This document shows, piece by piece, positions 20,945 through 30,214 of a DNA stretch of 55,975 nt. The translations under genes were made by a program, and so were the position numbers. Where the stretch lies: positions 1 through 55,975 of IMG/VR virus record IMGVR_UViG_3300030012_003256. One strand, written 5' to 3'. The stretch is from a virus (lineage: Duplodnaviria > Caudoviricetes). The stretch's first letter is position 1. Every line of letters starts with the position of its first letter. The notes under the pieces are model-generated. The model worked only from the letters and a program-made list of their open reading frames with translations, did no database searches and was not told where the DNA came from.

Positions 20945-21072
20945 AATACCACCACCAGTAATGTAATGATTGTCGCAATATTAACTACATTAACCATCAT
21001 TAAAATTTTGTTGCTTCTGCTAATCATCATCAATAATTCCTCCAATAATTCATTCGTCCTGTCCATCATCAT
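20941..21072 (-). CDS. 43-aa membrane protein (between polB halves)
   Basis: Manual ORF MMMDRTNELLEELL...VNVVNIATIITLLVVVL; ATGA-coupled. Confidence 0.55.
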   Translation of the reverse strand: MMMDRTNELLEELLMMISRSNKILMMVNVVNIATIITLLVVVL

Positions 21073-21259
21073 TTTCATTCACACCTTGCTCAATATTTAC
21101 AATGATAGCGTTCCTTTTTAGATTATTCATCATCTGAAATATTTCTTTTACCTCTTGCATCGTTATTTCATAAGTTTCTTCTGTATCATAGGATAATTTA
21201 ACAGTTATAAATTTAGTTCTCATGTTCAGTCCTCCAATATGTTCTTTTATTTCTATCAT
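21050..21259 (-). CDS. hypothetical protein (between polB halves; start probably ~21223)
   Basis: ORF track. Confidence 0.5.
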   Translation of the reverse strand: MIEIKEHIGGLNMRTKFITVKLSYDTEETYEITMQEVKEIFQMMNNLKRNAIIVNIEQGVNENDDGQDE

Positions 21260-21437
21260 CTACAATAGTAATTAATTTAGAATGCCTTGATAAATAGGAA
21301 CCTATTGTAGTCGTGTTTTCTAAATATCTTAAGGTTTTCATTTTATCAACCATTCTATCTTTCATTTGTGCCGCAGAAAAACCGTCTGGCATATTTGGTA
21401 TTTCTTTATCAATTTTCTTACTTAAAAAACTATTCAT
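21213..21437 (-). CDS. small winged-helix-like protein (between polB halves)
   Basis: FSAAQM...TTTIGSYLSR..YWR, similar in pattern to 27154-27384. Confidence 0.45.
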   Translation of the reverse strand: MNSFLSKKIDKEIPNMPDGFSAAQMKDRMVDKMKTLRYLENTTTIGSYLSRHSKLITIVDDRNKRTYWRTEHEN

Positions 21438-23124
21438 CTATTTTCATCTCCTTTGCTTTAAATGCGGCAAGTCTAATTGCTTCTCTTGCACTTGCGGTAA
21501 TAGATGCGGCTAAATCAACATCAGCCCATCCAAATCCTTGAAAAGCAACAATGCCATAAAAAGAGGCCATTAATCGCTTTACTGCCATTTGATTGTTATA
21601 CCATTTAGCATACTCGCCGTTGTCCTCCTTTTGTGCTTGATACATAAGTCGCTTATATTCATTTCGCAACTCCTTCAATTCAAGAACGGCTCTCGGTAAA
21701 AGACCGAGTTTATCTGTTTTATAGTAAAGCATATCTTGATATTTAACTTCACTAAAATCTCTTGGTGTAAGAATATTTACAGCAAATTCTGTTGGTTGTT
21801 TTGATTTTGTTTCCCAACTAATATTGCGAGCAATCATCATTGAAGGATATAGACCAGCAAAATCAAAAGCGGCAACATTCAAATGTAATCCGTTTGTCTC
21901 TTCGCTTAACGGGTCATAAATCATCGCACCTTCATATTCTTTGCGTTCATCAACCTTTTTACCTGTTGGTGCTTTCCAAGTAGCATTTCGCATAAAATAA
22001 ATACTACCCATATGAGAAGCATAGAAACAAGCATCAAATGGTGCTTTCAATAACCTTTGAAGTGAAAGAATCGCTTCACTACAAAAATTAGTCTCATCAA
22101 TTTCAACCATCAGTTCAACATCTCTCACAGCATACTTAAGATAAGTTCCTGTATCTTCTAACCAACCTTTACGATAAAACTCGTTAGTATCTGGAAACTT
22201 CCAAGAAACCAATTTCTTTTTGTTAAGAACAGTCTCTCCGATATAATCAAGCGATAAAGAAGGTAATGTTCCTCTTTGGCTGTCATTCCATTGTCTTTCA
22301 AAAGCAAGGTCTAACGAGAGGGTTATGCGACCCCCTACGGGTTGCTCAATGGGAGAGAACCCACTTTCACCATAGGCGAAAGAGAAGCCGTCCTTGACCT
22401 TTTTAACGCCCTTAACGAAGCCAATTGGAGACATGATGCGAGGGTCAAGACCCACGGCACACACCCGTTCAAATAATTTCGGTAAATCAGCAAAATGACC
22501 AAACCAAGCAATTAACATATCTGGGTCTTTTACAATCATTGTAGTCATAAAAGATTCAAGCATTTCTTTTTCTGAAGGAAAAATATGCAAGTGCGTTTCG
22601 GTGTCGTTGGAAAGTGCTTCCCAATCAAAGGAATGCTTCGTGTGCATTTTATTAGGAAACCAGACCCATTGAATATACTTTTCATCGTAGTTATCATAAG
22701 AAACAATTGTTGTAATGCAATCGTGATATTCTCCGCCTTGTTGCCATTCCATATCCCAATACCACTTTCGCAGTTTATATTCAGGCATTTCATCTAATTC
22801 ATCAACACAATACCGAAAATGCAAAGGAACATCTGCCTCATAGGTTTCATTCCACATCTTCTTTGCATTACGAACATCATTTGCATTCTCAACAAAAACT
22901 TTTTTCAAAGACTTCCCTTCAAGATTAGTCCAGTTGCCACGAACATATTCAAAGTCTCTAGTAATATATTTACTTGGCGAATAACTAAAAAATTCTGTGG
23001 CTTCTTCATCCACAAAGAAGTATGGTCTAAAATTTACCATTTCATACTTTCTTTCACCGTTTTCTCTCCATGCTTTATATATTCTCATTCCATCATTCAT
23101 TTTATTAATAATCACTAATATCAC
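21430..23124 (-). CDS. polB: family B DNA polymerase, N-terminal part (exonuclease, motifs A and B)
   Basis: FRPYF, YEADV, WDME, YAVRD, DFAGLYPS, QMAVKRLMASFYG, ITASAR. Confidence 0.9.
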   Translation of the reverse strand: MILVIINKMNDGMRIYKAWRENGERKYEMVNFRPYFFVDEEATEFFSYSPSKYITRDFEYVRGNWTNLEGKSLKKVFVENANDVRNAKKMWNETYEADVPLHFRYCVDELDEMPEYKLRKWYWDMEWQQGGEYHDCITTIVSYDNYDEKYIQWVWFPNKMHTKHSFDWEALSNDTETHLHIFPSEKEMLESFMTTMIVKDPDMLIAWFGHFADLPKLFERVCAVGLDPRIMSPIGFVKGVKKVKDGFSFAYGESGFSPIEQPVGGRITLSLDLAFERQWNDSQRGTLPSLSLDYIGETVLNKKKLVSWKFPDTNEFYRKGWLEDTGTYLKYAVRDVELMVEIDETNFCSEAILSLQRLLKAPFDACFYASHMGSIYFMRNATWKAPTGKKVDERKEYEGAMIYDPLSEETNGLHLNVAAFDFAGLYPSMMIARNISWETKSKQPTEFAVNILTPRDFSEVKYQDMLYYKTDKLGLLPRAVLELKELRNEYKRLMYQAQKEDNGEYAKWYNNQMAVKRLMASFYGIVAFQGFGWADVDLAASITASAREAIRLAAFKAKEMKIDE

Positions 23125-23885
23125 CCGTTAATTTGTGGTGCTTTTATTAACATTCTGTCTTCTGCTACCATAAGGATAGGGAAGTCGTCTTTTAAATACA
23201 CATTTACCATTTGTTCTTTCTCAAATAAAGAATATAGCGGTCCACTAAATTCAACTGTTGCTGATTCTCCTAATTGAAAAACAGGAGAAACAGTTTCTTC
23301 ATATTTATTACTTGTACCATCTCTTGAAGATATTGAAAGAACCTGTTCGTGATAATTTAATTTATATACACCTGTTTTAACCAACTCACAATTCTTAATC
23401 GCATTAACCAGTTGGTTTTGTGTAAGACTGATTCCTGCTTCAAATTTTGATTTACCGAAATTAAAAAGCATTTGAGGCTGAACTTCATAACTTACATGAT
23501 TCAAAAGACCACGCATTCTTGAAATAGAATCTTCTTGAGGATGGCGAACCACCAAAGGAATAGATGCTTTTCTGTTTTCAGTAGTCAATTGAATAAAATC
23601 CCCAACCGAGAACTTTACCTCTTCTTTGAATGATTTAAGATACGGAGCAACTTTCGTAATATCAATGACGACAACACCATTTTCTTCACCCTCAACTGTC
23701 AAATTTAATTGAACGGCAACAGTATTATTGCCGTTCCAAATAGAAAGAACATTACCTTCCAGAAATAAAGAAGCATAGTTTCCAAGACTCGTATTTCCGA
23801 ATCCACTTCCACTAATTCCTTTACCTTTCATTTGAACTTGGGTTAACGCTTTTAATAATTTTTCACTATCAATTGTAAATTTCAA
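23121..23885 (-). CDS. PCNA-like sliding clamp
   Basis: 254 aa, two-domain clamp pattern ending LIKAP; adjacent to polB and RFC. Confidence 0.7.
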   Translation of the reverse strand: MKFTIDSEKLLKALTQVQMKGKGISGSGFGNTSLGNYASLFLEGNVLSIWNGNNTVAVQLNLTVEGEENGVVVIDITKVAPYLKSFKEEVKFSVGDFIQLTTENRKASIPLVVRHPQEDSISRMRGLLNHVSYEVQPQMLFNFGKSKFEAGISLTQNQLVNAIKNCELVKTGVYKLNYHEQVLSISSRDGTSNKYEETVSPVFQLGESATVEFSGPLYSLFEKEQMVNVYLKDDFPILMVAEDRMLIKAPQING

Positions 23886-24673
23886 ATTAATCCCTCACGC
23901 AATTCGGGGATTCCATTCCAAGAAATGTTAGGAGCCTTGCCTTCACGAACAGTCCATGTTTTACCCACTAAATTACCATTTGTCCTTGACCCTACTAATT
24001 TTGCAATATAGTGTAATTCACCTTTAATATTCTTTTTTTGACAATGTATCTCTTGTTCTAATTTTCCGCCCCAATCTCGCCATGCGGGTTGAACACCAAC
24101 TGGTGAATTATCTACATATTTTTCTACTTCATGGGTTATAAAAATTACATCACACTTGAGTCTATAAATAGAAATCATCAGAGCCTCAAAAGTTTTATTT
24201 CTCGGTCCGTATTGATATGGCATCATTTTAGTCACTTTAGTAGGGTCAGGATTTATTTTGTAAATACAACTATTAAACCAAGTATCTACTCCATCAAACA
24301 CAAAGATAGGATTTTCACCCTCTTGTATTTTGCTGTGGACATATTTAACAAAATCTCTTGAGTTTTTCTCAGATTTGTAAATGTCCAATTTAGCATCAAT
24401 GTCTTGAACTATTGGGTCAAATACTTCAATTCTTTCTGTTGCATCATGGCAAGTAATCCATGTGGATTCTACTCCGCTATCCCAATCAAGAACATATATT
24501 TTTCTATCAGGAAAATCCAAAGCAAGACCAGTTTTACCTGTTTTTGGTTCTCCCCAAATACCTAAAACCAATCTTGGCTGTTTATTTTGCCTTTTATTTT
24601 CCATTTGTTTTTTGTGCATTTCCAAAAATGTTTCACTTGGAAGCGCACTACCGCTTGAACTTGTTAATCCCAT
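23882..24673 (-). CDS. Sak4/AAA_24-like RecA-fold ATPase
   Basis: GEPKTGKT, VLDWDSG, VFDGVD, IFITH. Confidence 0.75.
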   Translation of the reverse strand: MGLTSSSGSALPSETFLEMHKKQMENKRQNKQPRLVLGIWGEPKTGKTGLALDFPDRKIYVLDWDSGVESTWITCHDATERIEVFDPIVQDIDAKLDIYKSEKNSRDFVKYVHSKIQEGENPIFVFDGVDTWFNSCIYKINPDPTKVTKMMPYQYGPRNKTFEALMISIYRLKCDVIFITHEVEKYVDNSPVGVQPAWRDWGGKLEQEIHCQKKNIKGELHYIAKLVGSRTNGNLVGKTWTVREGKAPNISWNGIPELREGLI

Positions 24674-24677
24674 ATTA

Positions 24678-24929
24678 TCACCAAATTAAATCTTCTTCTT
24701 CTATTTCAATTTCTTCTCCCCTTAGACGAGTCCATGACTTAACCAAGTCATGCAGTTCTTCTAAAGACGAACAGACATATCGGGCTTCCTTTGTTCCAAT
24801 ATGAAGTTTAACCCAATAAGTGCCTGTCTCATTTTCGTTTTCTTTCCAAGTAATAAAATCAACATTGAATAAATCAATCATATAACTATTACTTTTGATT
24901 AAATATCTTTTATTAAATAAATTTTCCAT
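24678..24929 (-). CDS. hypothetical protein
   Basis: ORF with GGGTGA SD. Confidence 0.6.
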   Translation of the reverse strand: MENLFNKRYLIKSNSYMIDLFNVDFITWKENENETGTYWVKLHIGTKEARYVCSSLEELHDLVKSWTRLRGEEIEIEEEDLIW

Positions 24930-25011
24930 AATTTCACCCCCTCAAGGGAGAGGCTTCGCACCCCTTTGACCGTCATTATCGCCAACGGCTACACAATTGA
25001 GTTAAACTCAA

Positions 25012-26226
25012 TCAAAACCAGTCAAAGTTTTCTTCAACTGGCTGTGCGACTTCAACCGCAGAACCATGACGAACTGTGCAGTAAAGACCAGCAACATTGA
25101 TTGTTATTGGTTCAACGCCTTCATCAGTTGTTCTTTGACTTGTTCGGCCAATAACGATAACAGAAGAACCAATGCCGAAGTCAAGAGACAAATGCTCTGG
25201 AATCCAACAAGTAGTAATTGCATCATCATCATAAGATATTTCAGCATTCAAATCTGTTAGGTTAATGATTCGGTTTCCATTTTTAGTTGGGGTCATGTTC
25301 ATATTGCACACAGTTCCATCGGTAATAACGAAACGCTCTCTTGAAGCCTGATGTTGTAGTTCAAGATGCGCTCTTTCCAACTCAACAAGAGGATAAAGGT
25401 GCTTATCAAAGTTGTTTCGCAGACAGTCTTCAAAGTCAAACGAAGACATATCACGATACAAGTCATTTTCTTTATCCATTTCAGCATTCATTGTGAGACT
25501 ACTAAAAGTCAAATCAGTTGCCCCATAAAGGTCTGTTCCATTCTCGTTAGCAACACAAAGGAAATGACACCATTCAAAGGTATTTGGTTTGAAATCAACC
25601 CCTCCTTGGTTCTTGTAAGAAAAGAAATAAGGCTTCATTTCACCATTTCCGATTTGACCAAAGAAAACACCTGTTCGTCGGAACAGTTCCTTTGGTAATG
25701 GCATTCCATAATTTTCGTTCTTTCCGCCATTCATGTAAGTTTCTGTTGCATCAAGAGGAATATAGACTCGCTCATCTTCAAGAATTTCTGCACCTTCTGG
25801 CAACTCATCTCTAGTGGCTTCTCTATATTCTCCTTTATGATAGCGAGAAATAATCCACTTTCCTAAAGCATTTTTAGTTGCTACTGCAACAACACCCTTT
25901 TCAAGAGCATTATCGGAATCACGAAGAAATTCCTCCTTTGCTTTGTTTCGGTTCCAACTCATCGTATCTCTTGGTGCATCAAGAGAAACAAAGAACCCAA
26001 AAGCGTTCTTGTAGAAAGAATCATTTGATTTTGAATCATTATCAGACTTCTGCGCTCGTCGGGTGTTTGCGACAAAGTTTCTCCAAAGACCCAATGCAAT
26101 AGGGTTGGAGGTTTCAATGCCGTTTTCAGAACAAATTTCTTCCAATTTGCTCGTCGCTTCTTCAACGCTCAAGCCAATGACCTTTGCGCCTTCTTCAATT
26201 TGGTTTTTCATATCCATTTTTTTCAC
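25012..26226 (-). CDS. RPA-like OB-fold ssDNA-binding protein
   Basis: C-terminal OB fold (ITDGTV...NLTD...CW...GIGSSVIVIG..INVAG) and an acidic-aromatic tail EENFDWF. Confidence 0.6.
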   Translation of the reverse strand: MKKMDMKNQIEEGAKVIGLSVEEATSKLEEICSENGIETSNPIALGLWRNFVANTRRAQKSDNDSKSNDSFYKNAFGFFVSLDAPRDTMSWNRNKAKEEFLRDSDNALEKGVVAVATKNALGKWIISRYHKGEYREATRDELPEGAEILEDERVYIPLDATETYMNGGKNENYGMPLPKELFRRTGVFFGQIGNGEMKPYFFSYKNQGGVDFKPNTFEWCHFLCVANENGTDLYGATDLTFSSLTMNAEMDKENDLYRDMSSFDFEDCLRNNFDKHLYPLVELERAHLELQHQASRERFVITDGTVCNMNMTPTKNGNRIINLTDLNAEISYDDDAITTCWIPEHLSLDFGIGSSVIVIGRTSQRTTDEGVEPITINVAGLYCTVRHGSAVEVAQPVEENFDWF

Positions 26227-26239
26227 CTTTTTTGTTTTT

Positions 26240-27151
26240 TTATAGTAATTGACCCATCATCCATGATACTAACACTTTCGGGGTCATTGTGTTAGAACGC
26301 CATTCGCTTTCGCCTAATGTTCGTAGGAATTTAAATTTTGTTGTTGAATCCAGATTTTCTGCATTAATAACTGCATCATGCAAACCGACACAAATATCTC
26401 TAACTGATTTACCATCATACAAGAAATCATGGACTTTGCTGAGAGCATTTGCACTTTTATTCGTAATTAATATTAACAATTCGTTATATTCAGTCAAACC
26501 GATTTCAAGTTGTTTTGAAAGAGGGGAATTGCTTGCTTTAGCGGCTTGCAGTTCGGTTATCCCTCGTCTTAAATCACCATGAAGAGAGTATATAAAGGGC
26601 TTCATCTCTTCTGCGGTAAATCGTGTTATTTCTTCACGCTTGAGGATTGATTGTAATACATCAAGCATAACTTCATTAGAAAGAGGTTTGAAATGATAAT
26701 TTGCACATCTGCTTTGAAGAGCAAAGATAATTTTATTCCTATCATTACAGGTAATAATAAAACGAATATTACCTGCATACCTTTCCATAATACGCTTCAA
26801 GGCATTTTGAGCATCAGTAGTCATACCATCCATTTCATCAAGAAGCATGATTCTAAACGGAACATCTCCAATAGTGCCGCTTTGGGCATAGTTCTTAATT
26901 GTGGTTCGCACCGTTTCTAAACGCCTATCATCTGAAGCATTCACCTCAATAAAATTATCATTAAAATTATCGCCTAATACTTCTCTTGCTATCACCATTC
27001 CTGCTCCTGTTTTACCAGTTCCGGGATTTCCGTATAATAGAAGATTAGGAATATCCTTTTCTTCAATCCAACTTCTAGCGTCCATTACAAAATGTTCTTG
27101 TCCTTTGATTTCTTTAATTGTTTTTGGTCTATATTTTTCTGTCCATAGCAT
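26240..27151 (-). CDS. rfcS: replication factor C small subunit
   Basis: WTEKYRP, GNPGTGKT, EVNASD, LDEMD, AQNALKR, LQSRC. Confidence 0.92.
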   Translation of the reverse strand: MLWTEKYRPKTIKEIKGQEHFVMDARSWIEEKDIPNLLLYGNPGTGKTGAGMVIAREVLGDNFNDNFIEVNASDDRRLETVRTTIKNYAQSGTIGDVPFRIMLLDEMDGMTTDAQNALKRIMERYAGNIRFIITCNDRNKIIFALQSRCANYHFKPLSNEVMLDVLQSILKREEITRFTAEEMKPFIYSLHGDLRRGITELQAAKASNSPLSKQLEIGLTEYNELLILITNKSANALSKVHDFLYDGKSVRDICVGLHDAVINAENLDSTTKFKFLRTLGESEWRSNTMTPKVLVSWMMGQLL

Positions 27152-27153
27152 TT

Positions 27154-27384
27154 TTATTCCTCCTTAACTGTATATATTTTAGTTTTATTTGATAATCTAT
27201 CATAAACAACAAAGGGTCGTCTTTTTAAATATTGTGCTAATATATCTGTTGTGATACACATTGTGCTCAATTTCTTAATTGAAAGCAGTTTAGTTCTTAA
27301 AGTGTTTGCTGTCATTGGCCCATCCTTTTTTAGAATTTTTTCTGCTTCTTTCATCATTACTTTTTTTCCTGTTGTTCTAGGCAT
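27154..27384 (-). CDS. small winged-helix protein
   Basis: ILKKDGPMTA..L pattern. Confidence 0.5.
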   Translation of the reverse strand: MPRTTGKKVMMKEAEKILKKDGPMTANTLRTKLLSIKKLSTMCITTDILAQYLKRRPFVVYDRLSNKTKIYTVKEE

Positions 27385-28222
27385 AGTATTCCTCCAATGT
27401 TCGTTGTTGAACCTCTATTGGGTCTGTTTTTTTTCTTTTTCTTTTTTCACCAATTTTAAGTAGTCGGCATTCTGCATTTGTTAATTTCTTCTTTGCCCAT
27501 TCTTTAATTTGCGGGTCTTTTAATAGTTGATTTAATATGATGGGGTTTTTAACGCCTAACTTACGGGAAAGATATGGTATTTTAGAATACTGTCTCCTTC
27601 TCGGCATATTTAACCGACCTGCCATGTTTCCTTGATGCGAATACGCCAACATTTCATAGAAGTATCGCTGACTCCAACGCCTTTTGACTACACCATCAAC
27701 AAAAATTAGCCTGTTTGGATGCATATTTTCCGCCAACCAAGATAGAATCTGCGTATCGGCTGGTTTATTGAACAAAAGCAAGTCTTTAATCAAATCACGA
27801 TTACTCTCCTTCAAATATTCATAACAAAGAGAATAAGTGTCTCTTTCGTAAGAGAAGGGAGGCTCTGAATGTGGAGCCATAGTTTGCACTTGATTACGAA
27901 GAAAGTTGTTGCTTCCTGCTCTTTTGATTTTACACATCGCCATGATATTTTTTGGCACAGATTTTTGATTAATAGAAGTTAAAACTATTTGGCCTCTATA
28001 TCTGCGAAGAATATCAAGAATTGCTTCTTTATCGGGTTTATAATGAACATCTTCAATAATGATACCTCTTTCAATCGGGAAAGAGCCTACATCAAAGTCA
28101 ATATCATTTGCATACATCACGATAGGGTCATTCACAAAAGTCTTTGCTTTTGTTGATTTGCCTGTTCCGTGTTTTCCTGTTAGTAGTATTGGTCTTTCTT
28201 TATTATAATTGGTTAATCCCAT
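27377..28222 (-). CDS. truncated RFC large subunit-like clamp loader
   Basis: GKHGTGKST, IIEDV, WLAEN; C-terminal PIP-like QRTLEEY. Confidence 0.65.
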   Translation of the reverse strand: MGLTNYNKERPILLTGKHGTGKSTKAKTFVNDPIVMYANDIDFDVGSFPIERGIIIEDVHYKPDKEAILDILRRYRGQIVLTSINQKSVPKNIMAMCKIKRAGSNNFLRNQVQTMAPHSEPPFSYERDTYSLCYEYLKESNRDLIKDLLLFNKPADTQILSWLAENMHPNRLIFVDGVVKRRWSQRYFYEMLAYSHQGNMAGRLNMPRRRQYSKIPYLSRKLGVKNPIILNQLLKDPQIKEWAKKKLTNAECRLLKIGEKRKRKKTDPIEVQQRTLEEYYA

Positions 28223-28627
28223 TCATATTACTCCTTTCAATTCAAATATTCTTTCTAATCCTTCTGCATTACGGTGTTCTCCATGAGAAACTAAATGCAC
28301 TACTTCTCTAAATACTGTCCATTCGTTCTTTGCATCTGGAAGATTCGGTGTCATTTCAACTATCTTGTATAGATTCTTTATACCGCCTATCTTAAGAATA
28401 GGTCTTGGTCGCGTTTTACTCTCCTTTTCTTTGTAAGAAGAGGTAATTTCATGTTGTAATAGGCTTCTCTTAACACCCAGAAGAAACTTTTCATCTGCTC
28501 TTAATGACAGACCTAATCTAACAATATATCCCATCTTTGATGGAGGACTTCTCTCTAAAATGAAGTCCATCTTAGAAAGACCAAGAAGAATACCAATAAG
28601 CATATCTTTACTATACATAAGAAACAC
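28223..28627 (-). CDS. LAGLIDADG-fold protein (degenerate)
   Basis: Typical C-terminus K.EW..FREVV.L...EH.N.EGL.RI; first helix reads LIGILLGLS. Confidence 0.6.
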   Translation of the reverse strand: MFLMYSKDMLIGILLGLSKMDFILERSPPSKMGYIVRLGLSLRADEKFLLGVKRSLLQHEITSSYKEKESKTRPRPILKIGGIKNLYKIVEMTPNLPDAKNEWTVFREVVHLVSHGEHRNAEGLERIFELKGVI

Positions 28628-28994
28628 TCCTTGTTATTCCTTGAAAGTCGGCTTTATATCTTAAAAATTCTAATCCATCTAAAATAGTTTCCTCAACTAA
28701 TTTCATAATATTTTCTTCGGGCATATCATGGGAAGCATAAATAACATTTAGACTCGTTCCTTGAAATGTTCTATGAAGAACCGCAGTTTCTTCAGAAATT
28801 GGGTCAAACAATAATACTGCCCGTCCCTCCTGTCCAGAGGGTATTTTGCTGGAAATCATAACTATTAATCCTTTAGTTAAAAGTTTGACTTCTTCAGAAG
28901 TCATATCCCCATATACTAAAAAGTTGTAATTAAAGACATACTCATACTCATCAACCAGTTTTTGTAATACTGGGTCATTGACCATTTTATTCAC
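28611..28994 (-). CDS. hypothetical protein
   Basis: ORF track; overlapping start/stop. Confidence 0.55.
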   Translation of the reverse strand: MNKMVNDPVLQKLVDEYEYVFNYNFLVYGDMTSEEVKLLTKGLIVMISSKIPSGQEGRAVLLFDPISEETAVLHRTFQGTSLNVIYASHDMPEENIMKLVEETILDGLEFLRYKADFQGITRSVSYV

Positions 28995-29433
28995 TCTCGT
29001 TCATATATTCTTTATTTTCGGGCCAATAACCGTTAGGTGCAGTATTTGTCTCAAGCCAAAAGAAGTGGGCGGCAGTTAAGCGAGAGTGTCCCATCATTAA
29101 AGCATTTTCCTCGGCGTTGCTGACCAAATTAGAAATTGCTGTTTCAACCCACTCACCAATAAAATACTTTGCATCATTAGATACAGTTAAATCAGTTGTA
29201 TTCTTAATAAGTTGAGTCAAATTTATTTTTGTTGTTCGTGGAATTGGTTTTGGTTTTGGTTTTTCAGGAATAATAAGTTCTCCATTTAGAATATAAGGGC
29301 AGTATTGTTGCTCAACAATCTTAGGTCTGCCCTGTTCATGTAAAATATTCTTCAAATGAGCCTTTCCGCCTTCAATCTTTAAACAACGATATGTCGTTGT
29401 TCCAATAATTGTCATATCACCCTGTTCAATCAT
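28987..29433 (-). CDS. protein with C-terminal histone fold
   Basis: INLTQLIK..TDLTVSNDAKYFIGEWVETAISNLVSNAEENA..MGHSRLTAAH fits alpha1-L1-alpha2-L2-alpha3. Confidence 0.65.
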   Translation of the reverse strand: MIEQGDMTIIGTTTYRCLKIEGGKAHLKNILHEQGRPKIVEQQYCPYILNGELIIPEKPKPKPIPRTTKINLTQLIKNTTDLTVSNDAKYFIGEWVETAISNLVSNAEENALMMGHSRLTAAHFFWLETNTAPNGYWPENKEYMNESE

Positions 29434-29795
29434 TCTTCTAACACCTGCCTCAAAATAGCCTCAATCACAGAAAGGTCAGCGTTATTATTTTCAAACATGG
29501 AAAGACACAGTAAAATTAATTGTTTATATCTTTGTTCATTTTCTGGTTTAAAATCTTTTATGCCGACCCACTCTGCTACCTTGCGTTGATTCTTTCTTGG
29601 CTCAATCGGTTTTCCCAACAACTGCGACCTTCGCTCATACAAATGAATAAGCATTTTACTATTCCATTTAATTATCCTGGAAATATGACCTAAATGACTA
29701 TTTACCTGTTTTAAACTCATATCTGTAATTTTTCTAACCTTCCCTGTTGAATCTGCAATATGGTTTGCTCTTGCTTTTGCATCTGATTTACTCAT
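29430..29795 (-). CDS. hypothetical protein
   Basis: ATGA-coupled ORF. Confidence 0.55.
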   Translation of the reverse strand: MSKSDAKARANHIADSTGKVRKITDMSLKQVNSHLGHISRIIKWNSKMLIHLYERRSQLLGKPIEPRKNQRKVAEWVGIKDFKPENEQRYKQLILLCLSMFENNNADLSVIEAILRQVLEE

Positions 29796-30214
29796 TCTTC
29801 TTCACCTCTTCTAATGGGCCACCCGTCTGGACGGAAATGGTTTAACATAAGACGAATAAATTTTTGAGTCTTTTCAAAATTCATTCTCCGAGAGAAAACG
29901 ATTTCCGAAATCATTTGAAGCACATCTGGGAATTTTTCCCCATAGTCTGTCCAGAAACGAGAAGAATTCATGCTTTCAGCGAGTTCTACAAATCTCTGAT
30001 TTTCATATTCTTTCTTAAACTCAAGCCAAGAAAGAAGAAGACCTTTATCCATGCGAAGAATAAAGTCTTCTAATTCGTATTCTCTCCAACCATTAGTTGT
30101 TGATTTTCCTTTCCAAAGTTGGCGAGGGTGAGTGTTTTTGAAACGAGGCCATTTCTTTCGCAAGTCTGCAAGAATTTGTTCTTGTTCTTCATCAGTTAAT
30201 TTATCCCATTTCAT
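29792..30214 (-). CDS. hypothetical protein
   Basis: ATGA-coupled ORF. Confidence 0.55.
   Translation of the reverse strand: MKWDKLTDEEQEQILADLRKKWPRFKNTHPRQLWKGKSTTNGWREYELEDFILRMDKGLLLSWLEFKKEYENQRFVELAESMNSSRFWTDYGEKFPDVLQMISEIVFSRRMNFEKTQKFIRLMLNHFRPDGWPIRRGEEE

Noticed and set aside
20746-21430. Intron or split intein interrupting polB
   Set aside because: No intein Cys/His-Asn ends and no recognisable group I/II core; the gap is filled by coupled ORFs and the C-half has its own SD.
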